A model generated the notes under the pieces. The model was given only the letters and a program-made list of their open reading frames with translations, made no database searches and had not been told where the DNA came from. From Kofleriaceae bacterium (lineage in GTDB: Bacteria; Myxococcota_A; Polyangia; Haliangiales; Haliangiaceae), in the NCBI GenBank assembly GCA_965215005.1, contig CBDCCZ010000020.1, positions 1 through 52,325 of the forward strand: a DNA stretch of 52,325 nt, in the 5' to 3' direction. Shown piece by piece: positions 32,401 through 43,473 of this stretch. Every line of letters begins with the position of its first letter. Position 1 is the stretch's first letter. Made by a program: the position numbers and the translations under genes.

Positions 32401-34359
32401 TCATAGGTCCTCGAGTGCGTCGAAGCCGCGCACGAGATCCTCGAGGGTGAGGTCTGCATCGAGGCTGCCGCCGCCGGCGAGCTCTGCGCGCGTGACGAAG
32501 GAGCTGCCGCTCTCGTCGCCGAAGTCATCGGTGACGTCGGGCGGGGGGGCTTTGGCCTCGCTGGCCTTGAACGCGCCGATGCCCTCGCGTTGCCCCAGTG
32601 CCTCGGCCTCGAGGAGCTTCTCGTTGATGAACTTGAGGAACGTCACCGGATGGAAATGATAGACCACGCCGTCCCGCGGTAGGCGAGCATGGCGCGCGAC
32701 CTCGTCGGTCCACCACAGTCCCGGCTCGATCTGCTCGCCCACGAGGGTATCCAGAGCGTCCTCGCTCATGCCGGCGTAATCCGCCGCGACCCGTAGCGAC
32801 TCGCGCCAATCTGGCTCCGCGTGCCACTCAGAGACGTTGTAGGTGCCGGTGTAGCGGATCATGCTTTTGTCGCTGCCGCCGCGAAAGAACCCGAGGAGCT
32901 CGCGGCGGTCGAGCTTGCCGTCGTTGGGGTTGGTGTCGATGGCGGCATTGATCTCGGCGATGTCGCTGAAGCGCCCGCCGCTGGTGCCGTCGTGGACGCG
33001 CCACTTGTGCTGTTGAATCTGCTCGACGATGTTGTCGGCGGCAAAAATCTCGAAGTGCAGCTGCGGTTGGCGGTGATCGATGGGCCCGGCGCTGCCGACG
33101 TGGCCAAGCAGCTCGCCGGCCTCGATCGGCTCATCGAGGAGCACGACCCGGCCGGGCTTGCCGCGCTCCTTCCACGACGCGCTCGCCAGCCACGTTGGCA
33201 GCTCGGCCGAGCCGCTGGCGTCGTGGAGATGATAGTAGAGGCTCCAAAACCGCACCGAAGCCGGCCCGATCGCCATGTCGTGGCGCAGCAGCGCGAAGTT
33301 GGTGCTGCCGATGGCGCGGTCGGGACCCATGCGGGCGACCATCAGGCGCCCGGGGAAGGGTGCAAACACGGGGGCGCGAAGGGTGGTCGCCAGGTGGGCG
33401 CCACCGTGAAACAGCCGACTATCACCAAACGGACCGACGGGAAAGAAGCCGCCTTCGGCATCGCGCTCGCTCATCGCGTAGAGCTCCTCGGCGGCGCGAC
33501 GCAAGGCTGCATCGTCGGAGGGCATCTCGGGACGATCGGCGCGCTGCTTGCGGGTCGAGCGGGTGAACAGCGGAAAGGACAGCGAGCCGCGGGCGCTCTC
33601 GAGAAGCTTCTTGAAGTCGAGCGGACCCGGATCCCACTTGCGCCGGGTGGCGTGGTAATGGCCGAGATAGCCCGAGAAGCCGTGCGGATTGGGCAGGGCG
33701 GTCCAGAGCTGTTTGCCGGGCTCGCTCTGCGGGTACTCCAGGGGCACGTTGGGAAGCGCCAACCGCAGGCCACGCACCAAGGCCTGCAATGCCGCCAGCT
33801 GGTTGGCGGTGTACTCGAAGGCGTAGAAGATATGCTCGTGGATGCGGACTGTGGTGGCGGCGCGGCGGCTGCCGCTCTGGCGATAGAACCCGGGGTCGCG
33901 CTTGGCGTCGCCGCGGTTGGAGAGCTCGATTCCCACCGAGCCGCTGTTGAGCTCAGCGGCGTGATACGCCATCAGCGCCAGGTCCATGGTCTGATAGATG
34001 GTGCCGTCGTTGTCCATGAGGAAGTGACACGACAGACCGCGCTCGTTGTGCAGCACGTCGAAGCACATGGCCGCGCTCGCGCATCCGTCGTGGTGGACGA
34101 CGAGCTGGCGAATCACCGCCTGCGCGGCATCGAGCGGCGGATGTTCGCCATAGCGTCGCAGCGCCGGGCGCAGCCCAAATCGCTGCGCACTCTTGTTGAT
34201 GTTGCCCTTGCTCGAGAACGGCAACCGGCCGCCAGCGCACGGGTGGCTGGTGCGTGAATGGCACGCGAGCGCCGTGCCGTCGAACCGCGGCCCCTGGTCC
34301 CAACGCACCACGGCCGCATCCACCTCAAAGCCCTTGCCGGCGATCCAGATCTTACCCAC
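32401..34359 (-). CDS. N-acetylmuramoyl-L-alanine amidase (Amidase_2) fused to M23-like domain and EF-hand-like loop
   Basis: VVHHDG, SCHFLMDNDGTIYQ, AYHA..N..SVGIE, GH....KWDPG; then FHGGAHL, PVFAPFPG, YYHL, GELLGHVG, LHFEIF; DTNPNDGKLDRREL. Confidence 0.8.
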   Translation of the reverse strand: MGKIWIAGKGFEVDAAVVRWDQGPRFDGTALACHSRTSHPCAGGRLPFSSKGNINKSAQRFGLRPALRRYGEHPPLDAAQAVIRQLVVHHDGCASAAMCFDVLHNERGLSCHFLMDNDGTIYQTMDLALMAYHAAELNSGSVGIELSNRGDAKRDPGFYRQSGSRRAATTVRIHEHIFYAFEYTANQLAALQALVRGLRLALPNVPLEYPQSEPGKQLWTALPNPHGFSGYLGHYHATRRKWDPGPLDFKKLLESARGSLSFPLFTRSTRKQRADRPEMPSDDAALRRAAEELYAMSERDAEGGFFPVGPFGDSRLFHGGAHLATTLRAPVFAPFPGRLMVARMGPDRAIGSTNFALLRHDMAIGPASVRFWSLYYHLHDASGSAELPTWLASASWKERGKPGRVVLLDEPIEAGELLGHVGSAGPIDHRQPQLHFEIFAADNIVEQIQQHKWRVHDGTSGGRFSDIAEINAAIDTNPNDGKLDRRELLGFFRGGSDKSMIRYTGTYNVSEWHAEPDWRESLRVAADYAGMSEDALDTLVGEQIEPGLWWTDEVARHARLPRDGVVYHFHPVTFLKFINEKLLEAEALGQREGIGAFKASEAKAPPPDVTDDFGDESGSSFVTRAELAGGGSLDADLTLEDLVRGFDALEDL

Positions 34360-34368
34360 GCGCTGTGC

Positions 34369-35826
34369 TCACTCGCTCAAGAACCGCAGCTCGGTTTGGC
34401 CGATGCGGAGCAACATACCGTGACTCAAGCGGGCTCGTGTCGCACGGACGCCGTTGATGAAAGTGCCGTTGGTGGAGCCATTGTCGACGAGCGTGCATTC
34501 ACTGCCATCGATGAGGATATGGGCGTGGTGGCCCGATGCGTAGCCATCGCTTGGCAGCGACAGGTGGCAGTCGGCTGCCTTGCCGATGGTGAAGCCGTGA
34601 TGCAGCGGCAGGCGTTGTCCGGGGTTGAGTCCCTGCACGATGAGCAGGCTCGGCGCAGGAGCCGGAGCGCGAGACGCGGGCGCAGGCGGCGCGCCCGGTG
34701 GGGCGGGGGCCACACTTGTGGACGGGCGGTTCCGGCGCCACCACACCATCGCGCCTGCCGCGCCGGCCACCACGGCGATGACCAGTAGCACCCACCCCAG
34801 CCAGCCGCGATTGGTGCCGCTACGGGTGCCGATGCAGCGACCGTTGGCACACCATTGTCCTTCGGCACAGCTGAGTACGCCGCAGCGCAGCGCTTCGATA
34901 CGCTCACTGCCGGACTCGAGCTCGAGCGGCGGATAGCCGACGCTGAGCCGCTTGCCCAGCACCTCCGCAGCCGGCAGATAGGACGTCAAGACGTACTGCT
35001 CGGCAATCTCGTCCTGCAGGTTGCCGAGTTGGGCGCGCAGACCCTCGATGGTGCGCGCCCAGCGGAAGGTGCCGTCGCTGAGCTTGGAGAGCTCGCCGAG
35101 GCCGAGCAGCGGCTGTCGCTCGCCCAGCGGGCTGTACGCGATGGAATGGATGGGGATGCCTTCGCGGCGGGCGGCGCGCGCGACCTCGCGGTAGCGTTCG
35201 GGCTCCGGGTCGGTGTTTTTGCCATCCGATACCACCAGCACCAGCCGCCGCCGATGGTCCTCGAGCCCGCGAAGCAGCCGGGTCGCGCGCCCCAATGCGT
35301 CGAGGAGCTGCCGCTCGCCGGCGGCGAGGTCGGGCTCGAGCTCCTCGAGCGCCGCGAGCTGCTTCGGCGCCGGCGTCAAGCGACGACCGCCGGTGATGGT
35401 CTCGCCGTAGCCAATCACAGCAAGCTCGGTCTGGGCCGGCAGCGCGGTAACGAGCTCGAGCAGGCTGGCGCGGACGGCCTCGAAGTCGCCCGCCCAGTCG
35501 TAGCCGACGCACACCACGAGCACGGCGGCGAGCGGCTCCTGGCGGCCGGCAAAGCGCGTCACCAGGGTGGGGGTTCGAAGCTCGGCGCCATTGAGGCGCA
35601 GCGTCCACGGCGACCGGCCGCTGACTGGGATCACTTGGCCTTCTAGAGAGATGGCGCTGACGTAGGCGCGGAGCCGCACCAGGTCGAAGAGCGGGCTCGG
35701 CTCGGCGAGCACCCGGTCGAGTCGCACCCACGGATGGGCACCCGCGGTGCTGGCGGTGCAGAGCAGGGCCAGGGCGAGAAGGACGGAAGCGCCGACCAGG
35801 CGAGGGCGCGGGGAAAGTGCCAGCAT
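34369..35826 (-). CDS. VWA domain - Cys motif - TM - FHA domain protein
   Basis: Signal peptide, VWA (LVLVVSDGKN, IPIHSIAY, LSKLSDGTF), CGVLSCAEGQWCANGRC, TM, FHA (IGK, ASGHHA, DNGSTNGTFING). Confidence 0.85.
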   Translation of the reverse strand: MLALSPRPRLVGASVLLALALLCTASTAGAHPWVRLDRVLAEPSPLFDLVRLRAYVSAISLEGQVIPVSGRSPWTLRLNGAELRTPTLVTRFAGRQEPLAAVLVVCVGYDWAGDFEAVRASLLELVTALPAQTELAVIGYGETITGGRRLTPAPKQLAALEELEPDLAAGERQLLDALGRATRLLRGLEDHRRRLVLVVSDGKNTDPEPERYREVARAARREGIPIHSIAYSPLGERQPLLGLGELSKLSDGTFRWARTIEGLRAQLGNLQDEIAEQYVLTSYLPAAEVLGKRLSVGYPPLELESGSERIEALRCGVLSCAEGQWCANGRCIGTRSGTNRGWLGWVLLVIAVVAGAAGAMVWWRRNRPSTSVAPAPPGAPPAPASRAPAPAPSLLIVQGLNPGQRLPLHHGFTIGKAADCHLSLPSDGYASGHHAHILIDGSECTLVDNGSTNGTFINGVRATRARLSHGMLLRIGQTELRFLSE

Positions 35827-36052
35827 GAATCGAGCCGTCGACGTTGCCCACCCTAGCCAATCGATCTGCTAGATTCAACGACTCGCGCAGGCTCGCGCGG
35901 GTGGAAAAACTCGATCCGCGCGGGAACCTCGGCGCGGCGCCGGTGTCCAAGCCCCCGATGCCCTCGCTGCTCCTTTGGCGTGCCGCTTCACGGGTTCGTC
36001 GCCCGTGCTGGGCGCGAGGCGAAGCGATGGCGGCTATCTCCCGGAGAAACCC

Positions 36053-36277
36053 ATGAGCTACCAGCACTTCACCTCGCTGCCCCCCGAACAAGAGCAGGCC
36101 TTCGTGGTCTATGAGTCGCGCACCGTCGAGACGAGTAAGAAAGCCCTGATGGCCGGGCTGATCGCCGCCGGCGCATTCTTCGTGCTCATGGTGATCATCG
36201 TCTTCAGCTTTGACGCGCCCGAGAACAAGATGGCCGGCGACGACATGGGCATGCTCGAAGGCACGACGGGCGACTGA
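36053..36277 (+). CDS. Small single-TM hypothetical protein (74 aa)
   Basis: GGAG RBS, gene-like codon usage, TM segment ALMAGLIAAGAFFVLMVIIVFSF. Confidence 0.7.
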   Translation: MSYQHFTSLPPEQEQAFVVYESRTVETSKKALMAGLIAAGAFFVLMVIIVFSFDAPENKMAGDDMGMLEGTTGD

Positions 36278-36414
36278 GCACGACCGGTTCACTGGACCCA
36301 GGAAGTGCGCGCGAGCCGCTGGTCATGATCGTCGCGCACGGCAAGCACCTGGTGAAGCGCGGCGTCGGTCGTGAGTCGCTAACAACGCCGCCAGCGGTGG
36401 GGGATTCCGCGAGG

Positions 36415-37518
36415 ATGGCTTGGCGTAGCCGCTCCCACAGTTTCGTGCTTTGGGTGTGTTGGTGGATCGCGGCGTTGTGTTCCTGCGGCCCGGTGGCTGC
36501 ACCGCGCGCGCCTGCGCCCGCACTGGATGCGCCAATCGTGTGCACCGAACGCGGCGCGGCCGGTGGGCGGCTGGTATTGGTCGACGAAAGCGGCGCCCGC
36601 CTAGCCGATCTCACTCGCACCGCGGCGCAGCCGACGCGCGACAACAGCCCGAGCTGGTCGCCCGATGGTGCCTGGGTGGTGTTTGCGTCCAGCCGCGGGC
36701 GAGGCGATTTGTTGCGCACCAGCTTGTGGGCCATCGAGCCGCGGCTGGATGCGCGCCCGCGGCCACTCACGAGCGGCGATGCGGTCGATCGCGATCCGGT
36801 GTGGGCAGCCGACGGTACGTCGCTGGTGTTTTCCTCTGACCGCGGCGGCAGCTTCGACCTCTGGCGCTTGGCCGTGGAAGCCGGGCCTCGAGGACTGCGC
36901 GCGGTGGGGCCGCCGACGCAGCTGACGCGCGATCCGGGGCAAGAGCTGCATCCAACCGTCGCGGCCGACGGGCGCATCGCCTACATGCAGGTCGATGCCA
37001 GCGCGGGAACTTCATCGCTGTGGCTACTCGAGGTCGATGGGCGGGCTAGGCAGCTCACGTCTGGACCCGCCGATCTCACCCCGGCGTTCTCACCCGATGG
37101 CCGCCGCATTGCGTACGCTTCAGGCGCCGTCGGGGCCAAGGATGCCGATCTCTTCGTCATGCGGGCCGACGGTGGCGATGCCCGGCTATTGGTCCGAGAA
37201 GAGCTGTCCGACGAGACTGGGCCGGTGTGGTCGCGCGACGCTCGATTCGTGTTCGCGACTTCGGTGTATCGATCCGTGGCTACCGGCAAACCGGTCTTAT
37301 CGTCGGTGACCTACGTGGATCTCGCCGACGACTCGCTGGTGCTGCGGGCGCTGCACGATCCGGTGGGTGTGCAACCGCGAACCGGCGCCGCGCTTGCGCC
37401 CATCACGCTCGACGCGGCGGCGCTCGCGGCCAACCCTCCGTACGCGGCGGCGCTGCGGCAGGTCATCGAAGATGAGCTATTGCGCCGCCAGAATCGCGAA
37501 GCTCCAGCTGCGCCGTGA
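36415..37518 (+). CDS. TolB-like PD40 beta-propeller lipoprotein
   Basis: Lipobox-like LCSC; repeats PSWSPDG, PVWAADG, PAFSPDG, PVWSRD. Confidence 0.85.
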   Translation: MAWRSRSHSFVLWVCWWIAALCSCGPVAAPRAPAPALDAPIVCTERGAAGGRLVLVDESGARLADLTRTAAQPTRDNSPSWSPDGAWVVFASSRGRGDLLRTSLWAIEPRLDARPRPLTSGDAVDRDPVWAADGTSLVFSSDRGGSFDLWRLAVEAGPRGLRAVGPPTQLTRDPGQELHPTVAADGRIAYMQVDASAGTSSLWLLEVDGRARQLTSGPADLTPAFSPDGRRIAYASGAVGAKDADLFVMRADGGDARLLVREELSDETGPVWSRDARFVFATSVYRSVATGKPVLSSVTYVDLADDSLVLRALHDPVGVQPRTGAALAPITLDAAALAANPPYAAALRQVIEDELLRRQNREAPAAP

Positions 37519-37570
37519 TGTCTCGAGCTCCCGCGGCGGCGTCGCCGTTTCGCGGTAGGGTGACGCTGTT

Positions 37571-38749
37571 ATGTCGCGGCCGATCGTTCAGCTCAGCAAG
37601 GATTTGCGGCGCTCTGTGGCTGCGGGGCATCCGTGGTTATTCAATCGCGCCGTCGAGCTCCCCGCCGGCGCTCGCGCTGGCGAGGTCGTGGAGGTGCGTC
37701 GCGGCAGCGAGCGGCTTGCCACTGGCGTCCTCGACCCGACCTCGCCGATCGCGGTGCGGATCCTGGAGCGCGATCCCGACGCCGCGATAGACGCCGATTG
37801 GGTGCGGGATCGGGCGCGCCAGGCGGCGTGTTTGCGCATCAGCGATCCTCAGCTGCTCGACTCGGACGCACTGCGCCTCATCCACGGCGAGGGTGATCTG
37901 ATGCCTGGGCTGGTGGTCGATGTCTACGCCGGCACGGCGGTGGTGGTGTTCGATGGCGCCGGTGCCGAGGCGTTTTGGCGGCCGCGGCTTGCAGAGGTGC
38001 TCGACGGCGCCGCGACCGCGGGCATCGAGCTCGATCGGGTGTGGGCACGTCGCTCGGGGGAGCGCGAGGGCGAGCTGCTAGTTGGCGATCCGCCGCCGGA
38101 AACGCTGTTTATCCGCGAGCACGGCGCGCGCTTCGAGGTGGATGTCCGCAGGGGCCAGAAAACCGGCTTTTTCCTCGATCAGCGCGCCAACCGGCGGCGT
38201 GTCGCTGACCTCGCGGCGGGGGGCGACGTCCTCAATCTGTTCTGCTACACCGGCGGTTTCTCGGTGCTTGCAGCGCTTGGCGGCGCGGCGCGCGTTACCT
38301 CGGTCGACTTCGCCAAGCCGGCGGTCGCTGCGGCCCGGCGCAACTTCACCCACAGCGGTATCGACACCAAAAATCACGAGTTCGAGACCATCGACGCCTT
38401 CGAATTTCTCGCCAGCGCAGCCGCCCGCGGCAGCACCTGGGATCTCGTGATCGTCGACCCGCCGAGCTTTGCGCCCAATGAGCGAGTGAAGCCGCGGGCA
38501 CTGGAGGCCTACCGTCGGCTCAACGCGTTGGCGTTGCAGGTGGTGGGCCCCGGTGGCCAGCTGGTAACCGCATCCTGCTCGAGCCATGTCACCATGACTG
38601 AGATGCTGGCGGTCCTGGCCGACGCCTCGCGCGCAACCGGGCGTATCGCTCAGGTACAAGAAGTGCGCGGCGCCGACCGCGATCATCCCGTGTTGCCCGC
38701 CTTCCCCGAAGGGCAGTACTTGAAGTGTCTCTTCGCCTTTGTTCGCTAG
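37571..38749 (+). CDS. rlmI: RlmI/RlmK-type 23S rRNA SAM-dependent methyltransferase
   Basis: PUA domain GHPWLF, IHGEGD..PGLVVD, GQKTGFFLDQRANR, VLNLFCYTGGFS, DPPSF, TASCS, DHP....PEGQYLK. Confidence 0.85.
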   Translation: MSRPIVQLSKDLRRSVAAGHPWLFNRAVELPAGARAGEVVEVRRGSERLATGVLDPTSPIAVRILERDPDAAIDADWVRDRARQAACLRISDPQLLDSDALRLIHGEGDLMPGLVVDVYAGTAVVVFDGAGAEAFWRPRLAEVLDGAATAGIELDRVWARRSGEREGELLVGDPPPETLFIREHGARFEVDVRRGQKTGFFLDQRANRRRVADLAAGGDVLNLFCYTGGFSVLAALGGAARVTSVDFAKPAVAAARRNFTHSGIDTKNHEFETIDAFEFLASAAARGSTWDLVIVDPPSFAPNERVKPRALEAYRRLNALALQVVGPGGQLVTASCSSHVTMTEMLAVLADASRATGRIAQVQEVRGADRDHPVLPAFPEGQYLKCLFAFVR

Positions 38750-38781
38750 CGCGGTGGTTTGCCGCTGCGGGGTACCGACGC

Positions 38782-38806
38782 AAAAAGCCGCCCGGGAGGG
38801 CGGCTT
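38782..38806 (-). terminator. Rho-independent terminator for the minus-strand genes
   Basis: Hairpin aagccgccc-ggga-gggcggctt preceded by A5, which gives a U-tract on the minus strand; lies between convergent genes. Confidence 0.8.
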
Positions 38807-38841
38807 CCGTGCGAATCGGCTCTCGAGTTGCCGACCAGGAC

Positions 38842-39669
38842 CTACGGGAGGTCGTGCTCGACCAGCTGATACATATGCCCGTAGCTATTGTAGAGCTGCA
38901 CCAATCCGAGCCCGTCTTCGAACCATAGGTTGGCCATCGTGCCGGCGGGCATCTCGAGGGGCTTGTCGAGGTTCGGCTCCATGCGCGCGCGGCCGCTCAG
39001 CTCGACCTGAACCCGTGTGGCCCGGTAGGTGCCGCTCGGCGTGGCCAGCGCTTCGCGACTGCCCACGCCAAGCTTGCGCTGGACCTCCAGCTCGCCGTTT
39101 CCGAGCTGGGCGCCGCTGCCCTCGCTGGCTCGGCGCGCGACCTTGGCTTTGAACGAGGTGGTGTGCTCACCGGGGGCGACACCGCCGCGCCGCAGCGGAA
39201 ACTGCAGCTCGCCCTCGCGCTCGACGTCCTCGAGGGAAATCAGCAGCGCGCCGCCGGGTTGACCCGCGTAGAAGAGGCTCTCCGGTGGCACGGTGAGGCC
39301 ATCGCTCGTGCACTGCAGCGTGGTCTCGAGCTCGAGCTCATCGACCTTTTCGCGCAGGCGAATCTGCGTTTGGCCGCTCTCGGTGTCGATGGATAGGACT
39401 TCGACCTCGATGCGCTGCGCTTGGCGCGGGGTATTGCGCTCACGGCGTATGACGAGCCCGGGCTTGTCGCGCTCAGCAGCTTGTAGCGGCGACTCCACCG
39501 GCTGATAGACCCACCGGTTGCCTTCCTGGAGCGGCAGGAACTTGATGCCGCAGGCAGGTCGCGAGCGATTGGCGCGCTGAGCGTGTGCCTCGCCAGCGGA
39601 CAGCGCCGCGGAGGCGGCGACGGCGGAGGCGAGAACGAGGACGATTTGGGGCTTGGAGAACGTGGCCAT
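38842..39669 (-). CDS. Hypothetical secreted beta-rich protein
   Basis: Signal peptide ending AHA; FLPL.EGNRWVY, TPSGTY.A, W...G.GLVQ motifs; AGGA RBS. Confidence 0.7.
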   Translation of the reverse strand: MATFSKPQIVLVLASAVAASAALSAGEAHAQRANRSRPACGIKFLPLQEGNRWVYQPVESPLQAAERDKPGLVIRRERNTPRQAQRIEVEVLSIDTESGQTQIRLREKVDELELETTLQCTSDGLTVPPESLFYAGQPGGALLISLEDVEREGELQFPLRRGGVAPGEHTTSFKAKVARRASEGSGAQLGNGELEVQRKLGVGSREALATPSGTYRATRVQVELSGRARMEPNLDKPLEMPAGTMANLWFEDGLGLVQLYNSYGHMYQLVEHDLP

Positions 39670-39781
39670 GATGTTCCTACCTGAAGCGCCGTTCATACGG
39701 CAGCGGGTGATGCAACGCAAGCATGGTTTGGAGAATCCATATCGCTTTCAATCTCTTACAGCGGATGGTCGAGTTGGGCGG

Positions 39782-40381
39782 CTAGCGAACCGCGGGCTCG
39801 AGCTCCTTGACGAGGCGGCGAAATCGCGGATCGCCGCGCAGCGGGTCGAAGTCGCGATCGCGGTTGCCGCGTTGCCCGCCGCGGCCGAGTAGTCGGTCGA
39901 TCTTGGCTTCGACCGCCGCGTGGTGGCTCTCCAGGCGACGCAGCTGCACCAGTCGCGCGAGCAAATTGAGGGTGCACTGGGGCCGACCGACCCGAGCGTA
40001 CGCGGCAGCCAAATTGTAGGTTGCGTGCACGTCATAGGGGTCAGCGGCCAACGCGGTGATGAGCAGCGCCACGGCTTCGGTGAGCAGGGCCTCGCGCTCT
40101 GGTGGCTCGACCCGACCCGCCGCCGCTGTCAGCTTTGCGGTGCCTTCTTTGGCCAGATTGTCGGCCTCCGCCAAGCTGCGCTCGGCATAGGGGACCGAGG
40201 GCGGCATCGCTCGCGGCTCGAGGGGCTGGCAATCGCGCGGGGTGGCGTCGGGCGCGGGGGCGGCAGCCACCGGCTCAGGCCGTCGCGGCGGCGGCGCAGG
40301 CTGAGGTGGGGCGCTCGCTCCGCACGCCATCGTCAGCGTGAGGAGCGCGCCGAGCTGCAAGCCTTGCCAGCTACCGTGCAT
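39782..40381 (-). CDS. TPR-like lipoprotein (paralog 2)
   Basis: Lipobox TMAC; ALAADPY..HATYNLAAAYARVG..QC.LNLL.RL; DRDFDPLR. Confidence 0.7.
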   Translation of the reverse strand: MHGSWQGLQLGALLTLTMACGASAPPQPAPPPRRPEPVAAAPAPDATPRDCQPLEPRAMPPSVPYAERSLAEADNLAKEGTAKLTAAAGRVEPPEREALLTEAVALLITALAADPYDVHATYNLAAAYARVGRPQCTLNLLARLVQLRRLESHHAAVEAKIDRLLGRGGQRGNRDRDFDPLRGDPRFRRLVKELEPAVR

Positions 40382-40959
40382 CAGTGGCCTAAAGCCGCGT
40401 CCGCTTCTTTGCGAAACGGGTCGAAGGTCATGTCATTGAGCGCACGCTGGATGACCCGGCCGCTTTCTTTTTCGACTGCAGGATAGTTCTGCAGCTCGGC
40501 CAGACGCTCGAGAAGGCGCAGCGCGCAACCCTTCTTACCGACCAAGGTGTAGGCGACGGCGAGCTTGTAGGTAGGCTCCGGGCCGTACGGGTCTTGTTTG
40601 AGGGCGCTACTGAGCTTGCTCATGGCATCGCCCACGGTGGCGACGCGCGTGGCGCCTTCCTGCTGCTCGGCCTCGACGAGAATGCGGTCGGCCTGTCCTG
40701 ATAGCGCGAGCGCCGCCGCTCCCCGGCGCCGCTCGACCGGCTCGGCGTAGAAGTTGGTTTTGCACGCGTCTTCCCACGCTTGCCCGGTGGCGTCTGCCTC
40801 GGGCTCACCGGTGACGACTTCGTCAGCGGGAGGCTTCTTTTTCTTTGGCTTCGCGAGCTTCTCAGGCGCTTCGCTATAGGGGCCAGCGCAGCCCGCGGCC
40901 GAGGCGAGACCGCCGCCGAACAAGGCCGCGAGAAACAGGACCGCGAGGCGATTGCACAT
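40381..40959 (-). CDS. TPR-like lipoprotein (paralog 1)
   Basis: Lipobox AAGC; ALKQDPY..EPTYKLAVAY.LVG..GC.LRLL.RL; DMTFDPFR; TGATG overlap with paralog 2. Confidence 0.7.
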   Translation of the reverse strand: MCNRLAVLFLAALFGGGLASAAGCAGPYSEAPEKLAKPKKKKPPADEVVTGEPEADATGQAWEDACKTNFYAEPVERRRGAAALALSGQADRILVEAEQQEGATRVATVGDAMSKLSSALKQDPYGPEPTYKLAVAYTLVGKKGCALRLLERLAELQNYPAVEKESGRVIQRALNDMTFDPFRKEADAALGH

Positions 40960-41075
40960 GGATAGGCCGAGGGTATCGCCGCCTGTCGAGGTGGGTCAAA
41001 GGGCACAACCGGTTTTGCGACAGGCGGGATCCCGTGAGCATCAGCTCAGAAGGTCCGCTGGCCTCGGCTCGCATA

Positions 41076-41816
41076 CTACGACTCGTCGGAGCCGGTCACG
41101 AAGCGGAGCAGCGGACCCACCAGGGGTGCAACGGCGGCCAGCGCCAGCAGCGAGCCGCCCAGCCCCAGCGCCAAGACGTTCAGGCCGTAGCCGCCTTGCA
41201 GCGGGATGACCACCGCCGACGTGGCCACGGTGGCGAGGGTGGTGACGGCGCCGGCGCCGATGGCCAGCGCTCCCCAGGTGCGCATCCGCATCAGCCCCCA
41301 GACTCCCAAGCTCACCAATCCGAGCCCCGCCGCCATGGCTAGGGTCTCGCCTGCGCCGTCGCGAGGAGCAAGCGCGTACATCACCATGTACGGCAAACTG
41401 ATGCCGACGCGAATGACCGCTTTCCCGAGCCGGTGGGTGGCGTTCTCGTCCATGTGAAAGCGCTCGCGCCACTCGGTTTGGCCGTCGAACGCCTTGCTCA
41501 TCTCGCGCCCCCACAGCAGCAGCGAGATGACCCCATGGGTGCCGCCGTAGAAGAGCAGGGCGGGCTCGGGACCGACCTGGAAGAGCGAGATGCCAGCACT
41601 GATGAGGCCCGACATGCCGAGCCCGACGCAAAACCAGCGCGCCCAGAAGTAGCCCGCGACCAGGCCAAAGAAGCCCATGGCGTACACCGCCGAGAGCGCG
41701 CCAAACGTGGCTCCCCAACCCGGCGGAGGCGCCATGGAGACCACGAGGAACAAGAAGGAATAGAACGCCAACACAGCGGCCGCGACGGCTCTGCGTTCAC
41801 CGGTGAGCTTGCCCAT
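41076..41816 (-). CDS. Hypothetical multi-pass membrane protein
   Basis: 246-aa ORF with about 7-8 hydrophobic helices and a TATAAT box 7 nt upstream. Confidence 0.75.
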   Translation of the reverse strand: MGKLTGERRAVAAAVLAFYSFLFLVVSMAPPPGWGATFGALSAVYAMGFFGLVAGYFWARWFCVGLGMSGLISAGISLFQVGPEPALLFYGGTHGVISLLLWGREMSKAFDGQTEWRERFHMDENATHRLGKAVIRVGISLPYMVMYALAPRDGAGETLAMAAGLGLVSLGVWGLMRMRTWGALAIGAGAVTTLATVATSAVVIPLQGGYGLNVLALGLGGSLLALAAVAPLVGPLLRFVTGSDES

Positions 41817-42041
41817 ACGCGAAATTATAGGGCAGGAGCAGGCGCGCGCCAGTCGTGGTTGTCCTCTGATGATGAGGAAATCACTGCGGTGGGAGGCCTA
41901 CAGCCCTGGGTCATGGCGCTGAGAGTTGCAGCTCTGCCACCGTGCGCGGGGCAACGGGCGCAATCACCGCCGAGCTAGCGCGACGCAGTCCTCTCCCCGA
42001 GCTCAGAGCCTACGCATCACGCGGCTCCCCGCTGCGCTCGG

Positions 42042-42596
<555 letters not shown>

Positions 42597-42605
42597 CGTT
42601 TCGCT

Positions 42606-43427
<822 letters not shown>

Positions 43428-43473
43428 GCAACCCGTTCCTGCACGCTAGTCGTGGACACTGCGTGGAGCGCGC

